A DNA stretch of 60,616 bases, the filler included, from Sphacelaria rigidula (taxonomy: Eukaryota), in NCBI GenBank assembly GCA_964200075.2. It is 10 parts of 10 records of this genome, joined end to end, with 100 filler letters (N's around TTAATTAATTAA, not from the genome) between each part and the next. Parts side by side here need not be neighbours in the genome. Positions count along the whole stretch, not along the records: positions 12,145 to 18,116 come from CAXNAA020023100.1; positions 18,217 to 24,188 come from CAXNAA020023101.1; 8 more parts are not named here. One strand, given 5' to 3'. A program made the translations under genes and the position numbers. The first letter of the stretch is position 1; the number at the start of each line of letters is the position of its first letter. This document shows positions 12,145 through 23,895 of the stretch, piece by piece. The notes beneath the pieces were generated by a model, which did no database searches, had not been told where the DNA came from, and saw nothing but the letters and a program-made list of their open reading frames with translations.

Positions 12145-15100
12145 ATCGCCCCTCCGTTGCAGTAGATGAGATTCAACCCTCGACTGATGAGACAAATATT
12201 CCAGGCACAAGCACTGACACTCCCTGCACGCACCATCCTTCCGATCAAAAGCTTGTCCCCCAGGATCATAAACGGGTGTATTTTAGCACCTTTGTTAAAA
12301 ACGTAAAGCAGGATGTGTCAGATGTCTTACCCGAGTTCGGGCCCGATCTCGTCAGTGGTATTGTAACTCTGGATGATGCTTCTTTTACGACCAAGATGGG
12401 TTTACATAGTGAAGCGCGTGCAAACTGTCATTTGAAAGCTCTGGCACTACCAGACTCTGGTTTGCCTCAAACGTTCATCACAGCCAGCTGCTGGCAACAG
12501 ATTATCGACGCGGGCGTGGCGGACGAGCATTGTCTGTCCACCGTGCACCCTCGTGTGTTTGGTGGGTTTGGTTCCTCCACATCTCTTTCGGTCAATCAAT
12601 CGGTGAGACTAAGTGTACAATTTTACCAGGATCCTACTCCCACTGCTCGGTTGTCCGTATGGGCACTAATAGTGCCCGACGGTTCCATGTCTTTTGATGT
12701 TTTGTTGGGTAGAGATAGTTGGCCTCGTTTTTCCGCACATACGTATACGACGGACACACCTGTCCCGAACTGTCCAGTCACAAGCGAACTGTCTCTGGGT
12801 CACTTCGACACTGATTCGGGAGCTCATGCTTATGAGGGTTATACCACGAAAACAGGTAATGCTTTCCGTCTGTACTATGGCGAACCGGTAATCTCGCTTT
12901 CTCGTGAACCCCAACTAACCCAAGTAAACCTCGTGAGACGCAATGGATCGCCCGCCCTCACAAGACATTATTTGGTTGAGTTGCTCCAACCTGACCAAGC
13001 ACAGACTGGTCCGTTTGAACAGACCGAAGTCTTTGTCCACGAAGGTAGGCAGGCCATTTACCTCACGTCCCCTGCATGTTTCGATATACTCAACGGTCAG
13101 TTGTTGGGTTATGCTCAAGCGCCTCTCATACGAACCGCCCTGTCAGATGTGTGCCCCCCGGCGAACAACAACTCGCCGACCGACCCGCCGAAATCCACGC
13201 CCCCCCCTCCGCTACACATGTCTGACCCCATGGTGGTGACAAATCCACCGGATGCGCCTGACCCTCAACCCCCAACTGCATTACTGGATAGATTTTCTCC
13301 AGAACAACGCACCAGTTTTCAAAGGTTGTGGGATGACATTCCCCCTCACTTACGGCATATTGTTTTTGATTTATCTGGCGATGGTTGGACACCCACTGTA
13401 ATTGATAGATTGAGATCCATCTTGATGAGATATTCTGAACGGTTTTCAACTGCACCCTTGGATATAGGTCGATGTACCACGACACCGTTCAAGATCAAGA
13501 TTCCTGATGGCACTCCGCCTATCGCTATGCGTCCGTACCGTACGAACCCCCTCTTAGCGGATAAGAATTCTTGATGGCTACTACTCGTCCGCCGGTTTGA
13601 CTCGGCACTCGACGTCTCCGTGAGCCTCGCCTTTAGTAGTCGTCCGTAAGAAGAATGGCAAAATCAGACTGACGGTCAATTATCAACGATTAAATGCGTC
13701 ACCACAATCGACCGGCTGCCACTTCCACGGATCGATGAAATTATTGACTCTCTTGGCGGGGGTGAAGCATTTTCGAACTTTGACACGCAGTCCGGCTACC
13801 ATCAGCCCGTGATGAATCCAAATTCCATTGAACTGACAGCGTTTTGCACGCCATCAGGTTTGTCCAAGTGGTTGGTTACACCACAAGGTGCCGCCCGAGC
13901 TCCACGTGCGTCTCAACGTGTGATGTTCCGTGTAACTGATGGATTGCCCGAATGCCATATGTACCTTGATGATTCCGTGTGCCACGACTCCACACCGGCT
14001 GAACACGTCGAACAGCTGGCATCATTCTTCAATCGGTTTGAACAACACAACTTGAAACTCGCACCCTCCAAATCCCGCATCGGCGCCACGAGGATTAAGT
14101 TCTTGGGTCATTGCATCACCCCCAAAGGTCGTGGCCCAAACCTCGACGAGGTCACCGCACTCTCCGATATACCCATGCCACGGGACATTTCTCAACTTCG
14201 TTCCTTGTTGGGAGGTCTAAGCTGCTACAGACACTACTTGCCAAACCTTGCCCGAAAGCTAAAACCCCTCACCACCCTCCTCAAAACAGGGGTGAAATTT
14301 GTGTTCACATTGGAAATAGAAAAAACCGCCCGCCGCCTCCTTGACACCTTTTCGTGCCCGCCGATTCTCGTCTCCCCCGACTGGTCTGCCGCGGAGCAGG
14401 GTTCCCACCCTTTCCGGCTCCTCACAGATTCTTCCAAAATTGGGTTCGACTGCACATTAGAACAAGAGCAAATCCATGCTACTGTTCGTCCCATTGTCTA
14501 TCTGAGTCGCACCGCTTTTCCGAATGGACAGAATTGGTCCGTCATGGAACAAGAGGCCGGCGCAGTTGTGTGGGGCGTGCGACGTCTGCGTCAGTATTTG
14601 TATGGCATCCCGTTTTTGATTTATACTGACCACAAGTCTTTGGAAAGCCTTGCCAAAATGGCGGAACACAACGCTAGGGTCCAACGCTGGTTCGAAATCC
14701 TGTCTCTTCCAACTTCCAACTGAAGTACCGCACAGGTCCCCAGAATGCAAACGCCGACTTTCTGTCACGCTTGCCCACACCAGTTCAACCTATCGATGAA
14801 TCCACCATGGGACGTATCACCGATCCCACCGAAGACATTGTATATTTCATGAGCAGGAATGGACATGGAGGTCTCTATACACCAATTTCACTGAGAGAAT
14901 CGCCGGCTCTAGGCATGGGTGGGCTGACGACCACAGCCCACGCATCAGTCCTAGGCAGCTTGCAACCTCAATCGTTGTACTCAGTTTAGAATGGGCTGTC
15001 TACGAATACTGTTGGCTATGATCATTTCCGTGCAACTGGCCAGCGCATGGTTTTCGCGGCAGGTGTAGAATCGTCCTTTGCTGACTCCGTTCTACCAGTT

Positions 15101-15832
15101 CAAGTTCGAGATTTGATTTCGAGTAGGACTCGTGGACGGCGGACCGCCGAAACGGCCACCAAATTAGCCGTATCTGGTCCTGACCTTCCCCTCCCTGCCC
15201 CCACATCGGTCCCCGATAGTTTCCTTGCGCCCCCGCAGCCTCCACGACGCAAGGCCCCCGAAAGCTCGACCCCGACCGTGCCGCCCCTGCCAACCATAGC
15301 CGAAACCACGGCTGTGCCCTCCTCCAGTGGTGATATTGCAAACACTACCACAACACCCTCCACGCTAATCGACGCAGGAGTAGACGTTCACGTTCCGTCT
15401 GAGAGTACACCAACTGGTAGGCTCACCCTTGATTCCGAAATCACCGCTTCGTGCCAACCCCGCCCCGAACCGACCCCACACGAAGTCGATGCTTCAACAG
15501 ATGGTGTATTCAAGGAACGTTTGACTCTCTTCTCCCACGCCGATTGGGCCCGGGAACAACAGGCAGAACCTGCTTGTAAATCAGCTATCCATTATGTATC
15601 TAAAGGTTGTCCATGTCCATTCTCAGAAACTGAATTCCTTTTTCCAGCCGGGAATCTCAAAGCGCCCACACAGGATGAAGTTACTGAACTTTCAAGGAAA
15701 GGTATGCTACATACAGATGATGATGATATAGTTCTGTTAGTTCGCCCGCCCACAGCAGCCCTCCCCAGGGGGAAGCCTACAAGTCGACATGCCCGCTTGC
15801 TAGGTGATGAACCCGTCTGAATCTATGTCCCG

Positions 15833-16560
15833 ATGCTACTACGCCCATGGGTTCTACACGAATGCCATTCACAGGCATCAACTCATTTAGGCGCCATTCG
15901 GGCCTCCCAGATGTTGGAACGTTTTTATTGGTGGATATGTATGGATCAGTGTTGTCGATGGTGGGTGAGGCGTTGTCTTTTGTGTCAGGCGCGAAATACT
16001 TCTCGTCAAACAGTTCCTTGGCCGATTATTTCCATGGCACTCCAAAACGGGCCTGGTGAAGTAGTGTCGTGGGACTATTTTGGTCCTTTGCCCCTGACGG
16101 ATAGGGGAAATAAGTATATTTTGTTGTTAACGGATAGATTTAGTCGACATGCGGTGATGCACGCCGTACCCCCCAGTAGTTATACCGCGGAAGTTACAGC
16201 CAACATTCTTGTCTACACGCACATCCCACTGTGGGGTGTGCCCGAACGCTTATTATCTGACAACGGCCCGCATTTTTCAGGCAAGCTTCCTGCCGCCGTC
16301 AGTGACCTCTTGGGTGCCCATCGCATTTTTACTAGTTCATATCACCCTTTCACTAATGGTGGAACGGAACGAATGAACCATACGATGGCACAGATGCTTG
16401 CTGCTGTAGCGAATGAGAGACAGGTGGACTGGGATCTGCACCTGCCCCTTGTCCAGATGAACTACAACAATTCAGTCAATGCCGCTACGGGATTGTCGCC
16501 GAATGAACTTCATACTGGACGCATGCCTCGATTACGTTTAACGGCTTCGAACGCAAAAAT
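15833..16560 (+). pseudogene. Integrase zinc-binding and catalytic core
   Basis: HHCC and DDE motifs; frameshift near 16540. Confidence 0.9.
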
Positions 16561-17101
16561 ACAGGTGGACATCAGAGTCTGGATCGTGATGTTGCAGAGT
16601 ACCATTCGTCGGTTAGCAATCGTCGTCTTCGTCTTGCATATGAAGTGGTACGAGAACAGAGCCAAATCCATTTGGCCAAGGTGGCCAGGGCGAACTCAAT
16701 GCTGGATGATGTGGTGCATAACCGCCCGGTGTGGAAGGTAGGCCAATGGGCGTGGGTGTATAGCGATGTGAAGATCATCAATCAAGGGGCTAGCTCGAAA
16801 TCATCATCTTTGGATAAAGTGTTGAAGGCGAAGCTATCCTTGAATTGGACTGGTCCTTGGGAAGGTTTAGCTGTTGGTCCGAGCGCTACGGCACCCGACA
16901 AGAGTCCGGTGGGAGCGAAACTTTTGTATTTAGAATTTCAAATAAATAAACCTGGTTTGAAACCGAAATATCGCGTCTCGATGCTACGATGCAAACCGTG
17001 CATCCCCCCTCATGACTCTTCTGACATGCCCAAACAACTGCCGCTAGGGCTTAGCCAGTATGTGTTGACCCAAGTATGCGACCAAAACTCCGCCGTATCA
17101 T

Positions 17102-17731
17102 ATGACGGTCGAGGATGCGGACGCACCCCTGGAACGCGTTGAGGTGGATACGATTTCGGGTCATCAACTAGTTCGTGGTCGTGGAGGTAAGATAGTGGTG
17201 GTGTATCAAACACATTGGAAGGGTATCATGCGTGTTACATGGGAGCGTGAGATTGATTATCGTCATTTTCGTCGGGAAATATTACTGTACTGAGTAGGAG
17301 ATACCATCCAACACCGCCCGTTGAATAAGAGATATCGGTCGATGCGCAAGGGAGCTGCCGCTCGAGAACTGGTACGTGAACACTCAGCGCAGTTTGTTGT
17401 GACAGGATATAGCCTTCTTTCGCGTTCACAATACATGCAGTGTTTTCACGGAAAACGATTGCCGAAAGGGGCGTATTTTTGGTATAAGGCCTTGGATTCG
17501 CTGTGGTGGTTGGGAAACACTTATTTGGTCGATCCTGCACCTGACCACTCCCACTTTATCCGTTTCCTTGATGACCCGAGCCCCCTTAAGATTCGCTTGG
17601 ATGATGCGTACTACACCGAGGAGCCGACCGCTCGGAGGGGATCCTGGTGCCTCCAACGACACGACCAAGGCGAACTCGAAACAGCCGTTCTATGGAACAC
17701 AGACACCGCTTGGGATGCAGATAACTCATGA
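17102..17731 (+). pseudogene. Integrase C-terminal extension: chromodomain-like plus Tudor/PWWP-like module
   Basis: VEVDTISGHQ..YQTHWKG...TWERE fits the chromodomain pattern. The same frame continues past TGA 17291-17293 into LPKGAYFWYKALDSLWWLG..IRFLDD. Confidence 0.65.
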
Positions 17732-18116
17732 TACCGCATCCGAGTCTGCTTCCCCATTCACCTTGCGTAGTGTACCGCGTTCGAGTCGCTTGTCTTGCAT
17801 TGCAGCGTCGTTGGAAAACCATGTGTTCCCCCCCCCCCTTCCTCATTCATTCGTTTCCGTACTGGTTAGTCCCGTGCTTGTAGTGGTTGACGTCGTGTTT
17901 TGTATTTGGTATTCGGTCTTTTGTTCTTATATTTTGTATTTTGTTTCCTATGTTGTGTTTTAATTTTTGTTGCTTTGGCCTTGATTTTGTGTTTCGGTTT
18001 TCTTTGTCTTTGCGTCAATTGTTTTTCTTTGTTTTTCTTTGTTTTTCTCTTGTCTTTTTTTTTTTTTTTTTTTTTTTTCTTGTTTTTTTTGTTTGTTTTT
18101 TTGTTTTTTTTTTGTT

Positions 18117-18216
18117 NNNNNNNNNNNNNNNNNNNNNNNNNNNNNNNNNNNNNNNNNNNNTTAATTAATTAANNNNNNNNNNNNNNNNNNNNNNNNNNNN
18201 NNNNNNNNNNNNNNNN
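18117..18216. other. Artificial 100-bp contig linker
   Basis: N44-TTAATTAATTAA-N44. Confidence 0.98.
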
Positions 18217-18508
18217 ATAATGAGGCGTCTGGCCCGGGGACGGGAGGGGAGGGTTCCCAAAGGGTTAACTCTTCGTTTGAAAATCACTGATGGCCGGCCC
18301 AGCTCGTAGAACCTTCGTACCTACCTATACCCGGACGTGAAGGGATAGGCTCTACGAGAAAAGTTACAGCACCCGGTGTACCGACCAGCGATACCCGCTG
18401 TTGTACGATGCAAAGTGTTGTGTTTGTACAACACTAGTGCCGCAAGACAGGCGCCATCCACAACAGTGCCTGAGGGCGTACAGGAACATTTTTTTCCCGA
18501 GTGCGAGG

Positions 18509-18615
18509 TTAACCCTTAGACCGCGAGAGGAGTCTTTCTGGATCATGCAGACTTTTTTTTCAGTTGAAATTGATGCCGACTCAACAGAATACTAACCTCG
18601 CGGTCTGAGGGTTAA
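18509..18615. mobile_element. piggyBac-like MITE (99 bp) with TTAA target duplication
   Basis: TTAA|CCCTTAGACCGCGAG ... CTCGCGGTCTGAGGG|TTAA; 15-bp TIR with 14/15 match. Confidence 0.75.
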
Positions 18616-20540
18616 GTAGCCCTCCTTTTGACGCTAAGTTACCACAAAATTAGCGTGGGTGGCGCAGTAGTGTAATCAGCATTTTTACCTGCCATGATCC
18701 GTAGCACGGAAGGACACCACAACAGCATAGTGGTGCAGCATGAACAGCAGCGGAAATTGCGTGTGGTTCAATTGCAGCTCATGACTTTTCTGTACTGTGA
18801 GATGGTACATATGTACAACAGTACGGCACAACAATACAGTCACAGACGGACGGTATAGCACAACAGGACAGTGCAGTACCCAACTGCATAAGAACAAAGA
18901 GCGTATGTGATGCCCCCGATAATCCAATGTACCAAACACAACACCTAGGTATGCTCCCTGCAAACTCCCTGGTGAAATAGGGGAAAGTCCAGGGTCACTT
19001 CACATCGCACCTGCTGATGCGGTGGGCGCAGCGGATAGAAGGTAGTTTCTCAGTAAAGATGACCACCTTCCTTCGGAGAAATAGGACGCTGCCTGTGATG
19101 GTGCAAGCGCTGCGGCGTCTGCGTTTGTCTCGCTGCTGTTATTGAACGTTTTCCCGGCGCGCTGACGGGGACACTTCCTCGCTGTAAGCTTACTATTCGT
19201 GCCAGATACCGATGCACTGGTCATCTACCTGCGATGCTCCGCTGTGTTCACGTAAACACAGACATCACGGATAACAGTAGCACAAGAAAGCTCCCTTGCT
19301 ATGATGACAAGCGTTGGGTTATTTTTTAGTGTTTATCCGCGGGGTTTTACCATCATCCATGATTATATTCCAAATTGTATGCGCCATTTATGTCGGACAA
19401 CCAAAAGGTCTATACAGTACTATATCATCTCAGAATAACCAAGTAGTGAGCAATATTTTTCATACTAGAGTGACTTTTCTCTCGTTGTGCTTTGTGAGGT
19501 ATCTGCGCTGCTCCCATCACTGACGACCAACGGGTCATGTCTTTATAGTGTTCACTGCTAATGATTCAAAAACACAAAAATAGCGATGTTCAGAGACTCG
19601 AGGCTAACGGCAGGGACGGCAGGGTTTCAATGCCCCCGGCGTCACTGCCCCGAAGGAGGGCACCAATGAAGATCAATTGTTACTTTGCATTATTTCTCCT
19701 GTGTTCCTGGGGAGGCGGTGGTGATGATAATCTTAGCAGAAAACGGAGCGACTACCAATTCGGATTGTCGTTGTGTTGGGCTAGACCTTCAAGTACGCCT
19801 TCAGCAGCTTTGCTTGACGGTGCTGATACGATGACGAGTAAAGCTGGGGCTGTTAGTGGACAGATCAGCTTTAGGACCAAGACACGGCATGGTATACGAG
19901 GTAGGTGTGTTTTAGGGTCTAGAACTTGAACGCTGTATTTGCGTTCACGTGCAGGCTACGTTGGACCTTTGCCAGCGTACAGTAGGATACGGGCAGCTTT
20001 GACAGCATTGACGGGACAACACTGCTCTGATCCTCGGCAATTGTATTGCCGGGAGCTTGTAAGTAGGACCAAGATCCAAAACACCGATCATACTAGCCAT
20101 GGAGGTGGTGTGGCACATGAAGGATCTTAGCTATTCGCATGTATAGGTACAGGGCTGCCCCAGGGATATGTGTACGATTATGCAATCTACCATGTAGTAA
20201 CCCAACGAAGGTATCTGAATGGTTGAATGGATACCTTTTCCTGTCCCAGTCCCAGATCGTACCGACCTAAATCTGGCAATGTCTTCGCGCCACTTGGATC
20301 GTGTTTTGTGGTACACACGTTGCTGCCATCGCGCTCGGTGCATTTGCCTTCATTCATGCAGTTCCAGGCAGCTCGGCAGCTGCGCGCACCCGTGTGGCCC
20401 ACAACTTATTTCAGGCACAGGACAATAGACACAGCAATAACAAGAGCCCGTTGCTTGAATACAGCAACGTTCAGGCATTTCTAAACTCTGCGATCACATT
20501 CTCCGTGAAAAAGAATCTTCCCAGTTGTGCGCCACGATAA

Positions 20541-20563
20541 ATATATATATATATATATATATA
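20541..20563. repeat. (AT)n microsatellite
   Basis: Direct sequence. Confidence 0.9.
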
Positions 20564-21034
20564 CACCGGAATGCCCGCACTTTATTGGAGAATAGCCGCA
20601 CTTGGCCCGCATACAAAATCATCGCAGTTTTGAACAAAAACTTTGCTTGTTGGTTTCTCACACTTGGGTAAAGTCACCACACCAGGAAACGTCTTGCGCC
20701 AGTCGGGCACAGCACAGGCAATATTTGCACCGTAGAATCGCTCATTTAGACCAACGAGCAATATATTCTAAGCGAATGCCGATATACCGTCCATGCGCCC
20801 TCAAAAGAGCTATCTCGCAGCTCAGACTCTGTGCACGGTTTGCGAATATGTGGACATGGTGGTGCACTCAATTCCACGTCATGAGCACCTGAGAGGGTGC
20901 GATCCTGGCAAACAAACATAATTAGGTACTGGCACACCCTCTGATAATGGTAATATGTAGAAAAGATGCTCAGCGCGGAAGGCACAGTCGTACGTGTGCT
21001 GTCGTCGCTGTGAGGCGCCGAAACTTTCACGGTT

Positions 21035-21550
21035 GTGTTCTGTAAGGTACGGTTTTCTGTATACCCGGGGTATTTTTTCGTGTGTGTACCGTACCCGACA
21101 GTTCTGTGATTTCTGTAAGTCTTTCATACCGGTACCCGACAGTTCTGTAATCTCTGTAAGACTTTCATACCCTTACCCGATAGTTCTATAAGTTCTGTAC
21201 AATACATTTACCCGAACCCGAAGGGCGGGTATACCCGAAAAGAGTTACCCGATCGCCGGTACCGGTGCTCTGTAAGCCTCCCATACCGTACCCGACAAGT
21301 TCTGTAAAGTCTGTGAGACTTTCATACCGGTACCCGACAGTTCTGTATATTCTGTACATAACATTTACCCGAACCCGAGGGGCGAGTATACCCGAAAAGA
21401 GTTACCCGATCGCCGGTACTGGTCCTCTGTAAGCCTCCCGTAGCGTACCCGACAAGTTCTGTGAAGTCTGTAAGACTTTCATACCGGTACCCGATATTTC
21501 TGTAAACTCTGTACGGAATCTCATACCCTACAGAACGTACCCGTACCTGA
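21035..21550 (+). repeat. Complex tandem/interspersed repeat built from CATACCGGTACCCGACAGTTCTGTA units, with a 157-bp higher-order duplication
   Basis: The unit recurs many times; the block ACATTTACCCGAACCCGA..GAGTTACCCGATCGCCGGTAC occurs at 21204 and 21361. Confidence 0.85.
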
Positions 21551-21860
21551 CATAACATAACCTTGAAAACTTTGGTCAGTTCTCATTAACACCAAAATAT
21601 ACAAGCCCATCTGTGTGGATCTGACATTGAGCGTTGCAACAGTGCGCGAGGGGATATGATAAGAGCTCAGATTCTGTTCCGACGAATTTTTTTCAATTTT
21701 GGCGCAGGACTGTTGATGGAGAAGAGCTTGATCATACATGGCAATTCTGTTCACCCTGGAGGCTCATCGGGTAGCTGAATATTACCAAGTTCTGCAAATT
21801 CCTCCGCGAAAAAAAGACAGCCCGTTATTGTCCTGCTCTCTTTACATTTTTCAAGACAAC

Positions 21861-22569
21861 TAGAGCTGGTCACAGGTGTGAAATATCACGGGAAATCGCA
21901 CGGAAGGGGAGTTCCTTCCCCGTCAAGTTGTTATTTTGGCGACGGGAAAACGGTCCGGTCCCGTTCTCACGGAAAAGTTCCTGATATTTTTCACAGGAAT
22001 TTCCGTCAGATTGGACGGGACCTCCCGTCAACGGAACGGGAATTCCTGTCCAATCTGATGGGAACTTGAGTGTATCTTAACGTATGTGGGGTGTGGGAAC
22101 ATTTTCCCATGTTTATCCGGACTACGGTCTTTTCCAGGGGCTTCTTCACCTACAGTTCACATGTAAGGGTAATCGGTTGCATTGATGCGTAATCAGGGCT
22201 TGTGACGGGACTTAGGGACGGAACCGTTTTCCCGTCACGATTATGAGTTGATCCAACCGCTGTTGTCGGATTTTGTACCTCAGCACCGATTGCTGTTTCT
22301 CTGTGAACAAAATTGCGGTCTCATCATGCTTGTTTCGGGGAGTTCATACGCTTATCCCCGTGAGGACGGAGCAGGACGAGACAGGAAAACTTTATGGGGA
22401 TGTTCCCGTCCCGTCAGTCCCCATTAGTTCCCGTTCCATCCGGCCGTTTTTGGTGATGGGAAACGGTTCCCATCCGGTATCTGTTTTGGGGACGGGAAAG
22501 TGGTCTCGTCCCGTCTCGTGGCCTTCGAAGCAGGGGAATTCCCGCCCCAAAGTCCCGTGACAAGCCCTG
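21861..22569. mobile_element. hAT-like MITE, compound (inner TIR pair 22194-22569)
   Basis: CAGGGCTTGTGACGGGACTT (22194) and AAGTCCCGTGACAAGCCCTG (to 22569) are 19/20 inverted. A degenerate outer TIR TAGAGCTGGTCACAGG starts at 21861, with flanks AAGACAAC/CAGACAAT (6/8). Many GACGGG/CCCGTC subterminal motifs. Confidence 0.65.
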
Positions 22570-22638
22570 CAGACAATATTTCCCGAATAGACAATGAAGA
22601 TTGTTTGTTTTCAAGCACACTGAACCGTCGTTGGTACT

Positions 22639-22782
22639 ATGATCGCAGGATTGCTGCCGAGGGCACCGAAATTCCCCCGCTTGTGGGGGAAGAAGAAACA
22701 GGATGAAGGTCTGGACACGGCCAAGCGATATCTTCACGTCACCAATGATGCCTTGGTGTTGGAGGTGGAAGGTGAAGAACAG
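22639..22782 (+). CDS. SAC-domain (Sac1-like) phosphoinositide phosphatase, probable first coding exon
   Basis: ATG at 22639 with an in-frame upstream TGA. MIAGLLPRAPKFPRLWGKKKQDEGLDTAKRYLHVTNDALVLEVEGEEQ, donor CAG|GTAATT, phase 0. Resembles the Sac1 N-terminus (LHIT..F.VE). Confidence 0.65.
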
Positions 22783-23397
22783 GTAATTTGCTGAGGATGA
22801 ATCAGTATGCTGCCATACGTCCGACCATTTCGTCCACCCCCTGCCTGTTCTTGTTGCGAAAGAATAGAGCGATACACCCGCCAGGATTTCCGTCGGCCTT
22901 GGCCTGACAGTTGAAGCTACAGTTTCGTGCACTACCATGTGAGACTTTTTCTTTGTCTGGAAAGAAGACCCTGACGGCTCTTACCGTCCAAGCAGCAGGT
23001 GTAATCTATAGAAATCAACGAAGCCCCTCATGAGCGCAGAAAAGTTCGGATCATCAATTGAAATTTTCAGCGGGCAACCAGACAAATCCACCATCTACTT
23101 TGTACTACAGTACTGCAGTAGCACCTCGGCACCCATTTTTGCACTGAACACTACCTGTAAGATTTGCGAAGGCCGCCAAATACATATCCACGTCCCGTCT
23201 TCCTGTGATGCCCGTCATGTACTCACCAATCGCCCCTTCCCAGCCCTGAAAAATTGCAAGACTTGGGCTATTCTAACTCCGCCACGATACTAATGAACGT
23301 TATAACTCCTGCCTGACTACCTTTTATAATGCTTTGTTCCTGTTCTTTTCTGCTGTACACCAACTCTACATACGGGTGCTGATGAAACCAACAACAG

Positions 23398-23585
23398 TGC
23401 CTGTTGATTTCTCGAGGCCCGGAGTCGGCGGGCGGGGCGTGCGTCACCGTGGTTTCTCGGGAAGATGCCGGGATCGATCGCACTTCGGCGGGTTACGTGT
23501 CGACAATGTCGATTGATGGCCTATTCGGGGTATACGACCTGCTCAGCGGACCGTTCGTCGCAGTCGTGAGGAGGTCGAAACTGAG
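23398..23585 (+). CDS. SAC-domain phosphatase, second exon (start of Syja_N domain)
   Basis: Acceptor CAACAACAG|, phase 0 matching the previous exon. CLLISR...IDGLFGVYDLLSGPFVAVVRRSKLR matches the Syja_N pattern I.G..G.I.LLSG.Y..V. Donor AG|GTGATG. The rest of the gene is not identified on this contig. Confidence 0.75.
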
Positions 23586-23734
23586 GTGATGAAGCAAAGT
23601 GAGAATAGCAAATTGACATCCTTTGGCTTTTTCTGTATGCTTTCGGTAAAAAATTATTTTCAGACACTGCTTTTTAACTTGCGCAGCTGATCAAGCTCGG
23701 GCCTTCGTCTGAAACAAATAGCACGAATACCCAC

Positions 23735-23895
23735 GACTTCACGGGACGAGTCTCACGGAACACGACCGGAATATCGGGGATGTGTCGGAACGGAGCAGGA
23801 CCGTATTGCCCCGTCCCGTCCCGAGATATTCGTTCCGCCCTGACGGGAAGTACGAATCCCGTCCCGCGTCGTCTCATCCCGTGCCATCCTCACGG
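23735..23895. repeat. Intronic CCCGTC-rich MITE remnant
   Basis: Same CCCGTCCCGT motifs as 21861-22569. Confidence 0.5.

Larger units (their letters stand above)
12145..18116 (+). mobile_element. Ty3/Gypsy retrotransposon (family B): protease-RT-RNase H-integrase-chromodomain-like tail and 3' UTR, decayed
   Basis: Protease ALPDSG and LLGRDS (12276..13574); RT MYLDD and RNase H LTDSS/YTDH (13809..14723); integrase HHCC (HECH..HLG..CLLC) and D,D,E (WDYFG, SDNG, TERMN) (15833..16741); WTGPW (16645..17142); chromo-like tail. PR-RT-RH-IN order defines Ty3/Gypsy. Confidence 0.96.

Noticed and set aside
17887..18172. Phe-rich ORFs resembling membrane proteins
   Set aside because: Translation of the T-rich retrotransposon 3' UTR running into Ns.
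18870..21760. Possible exons of a gene divergent from the SAC1-like gene (e.g. 19000..19224, 20187..20402, 21521..21754)
   Set aside because: No recognisable domain and no consistent splice-phase chain.
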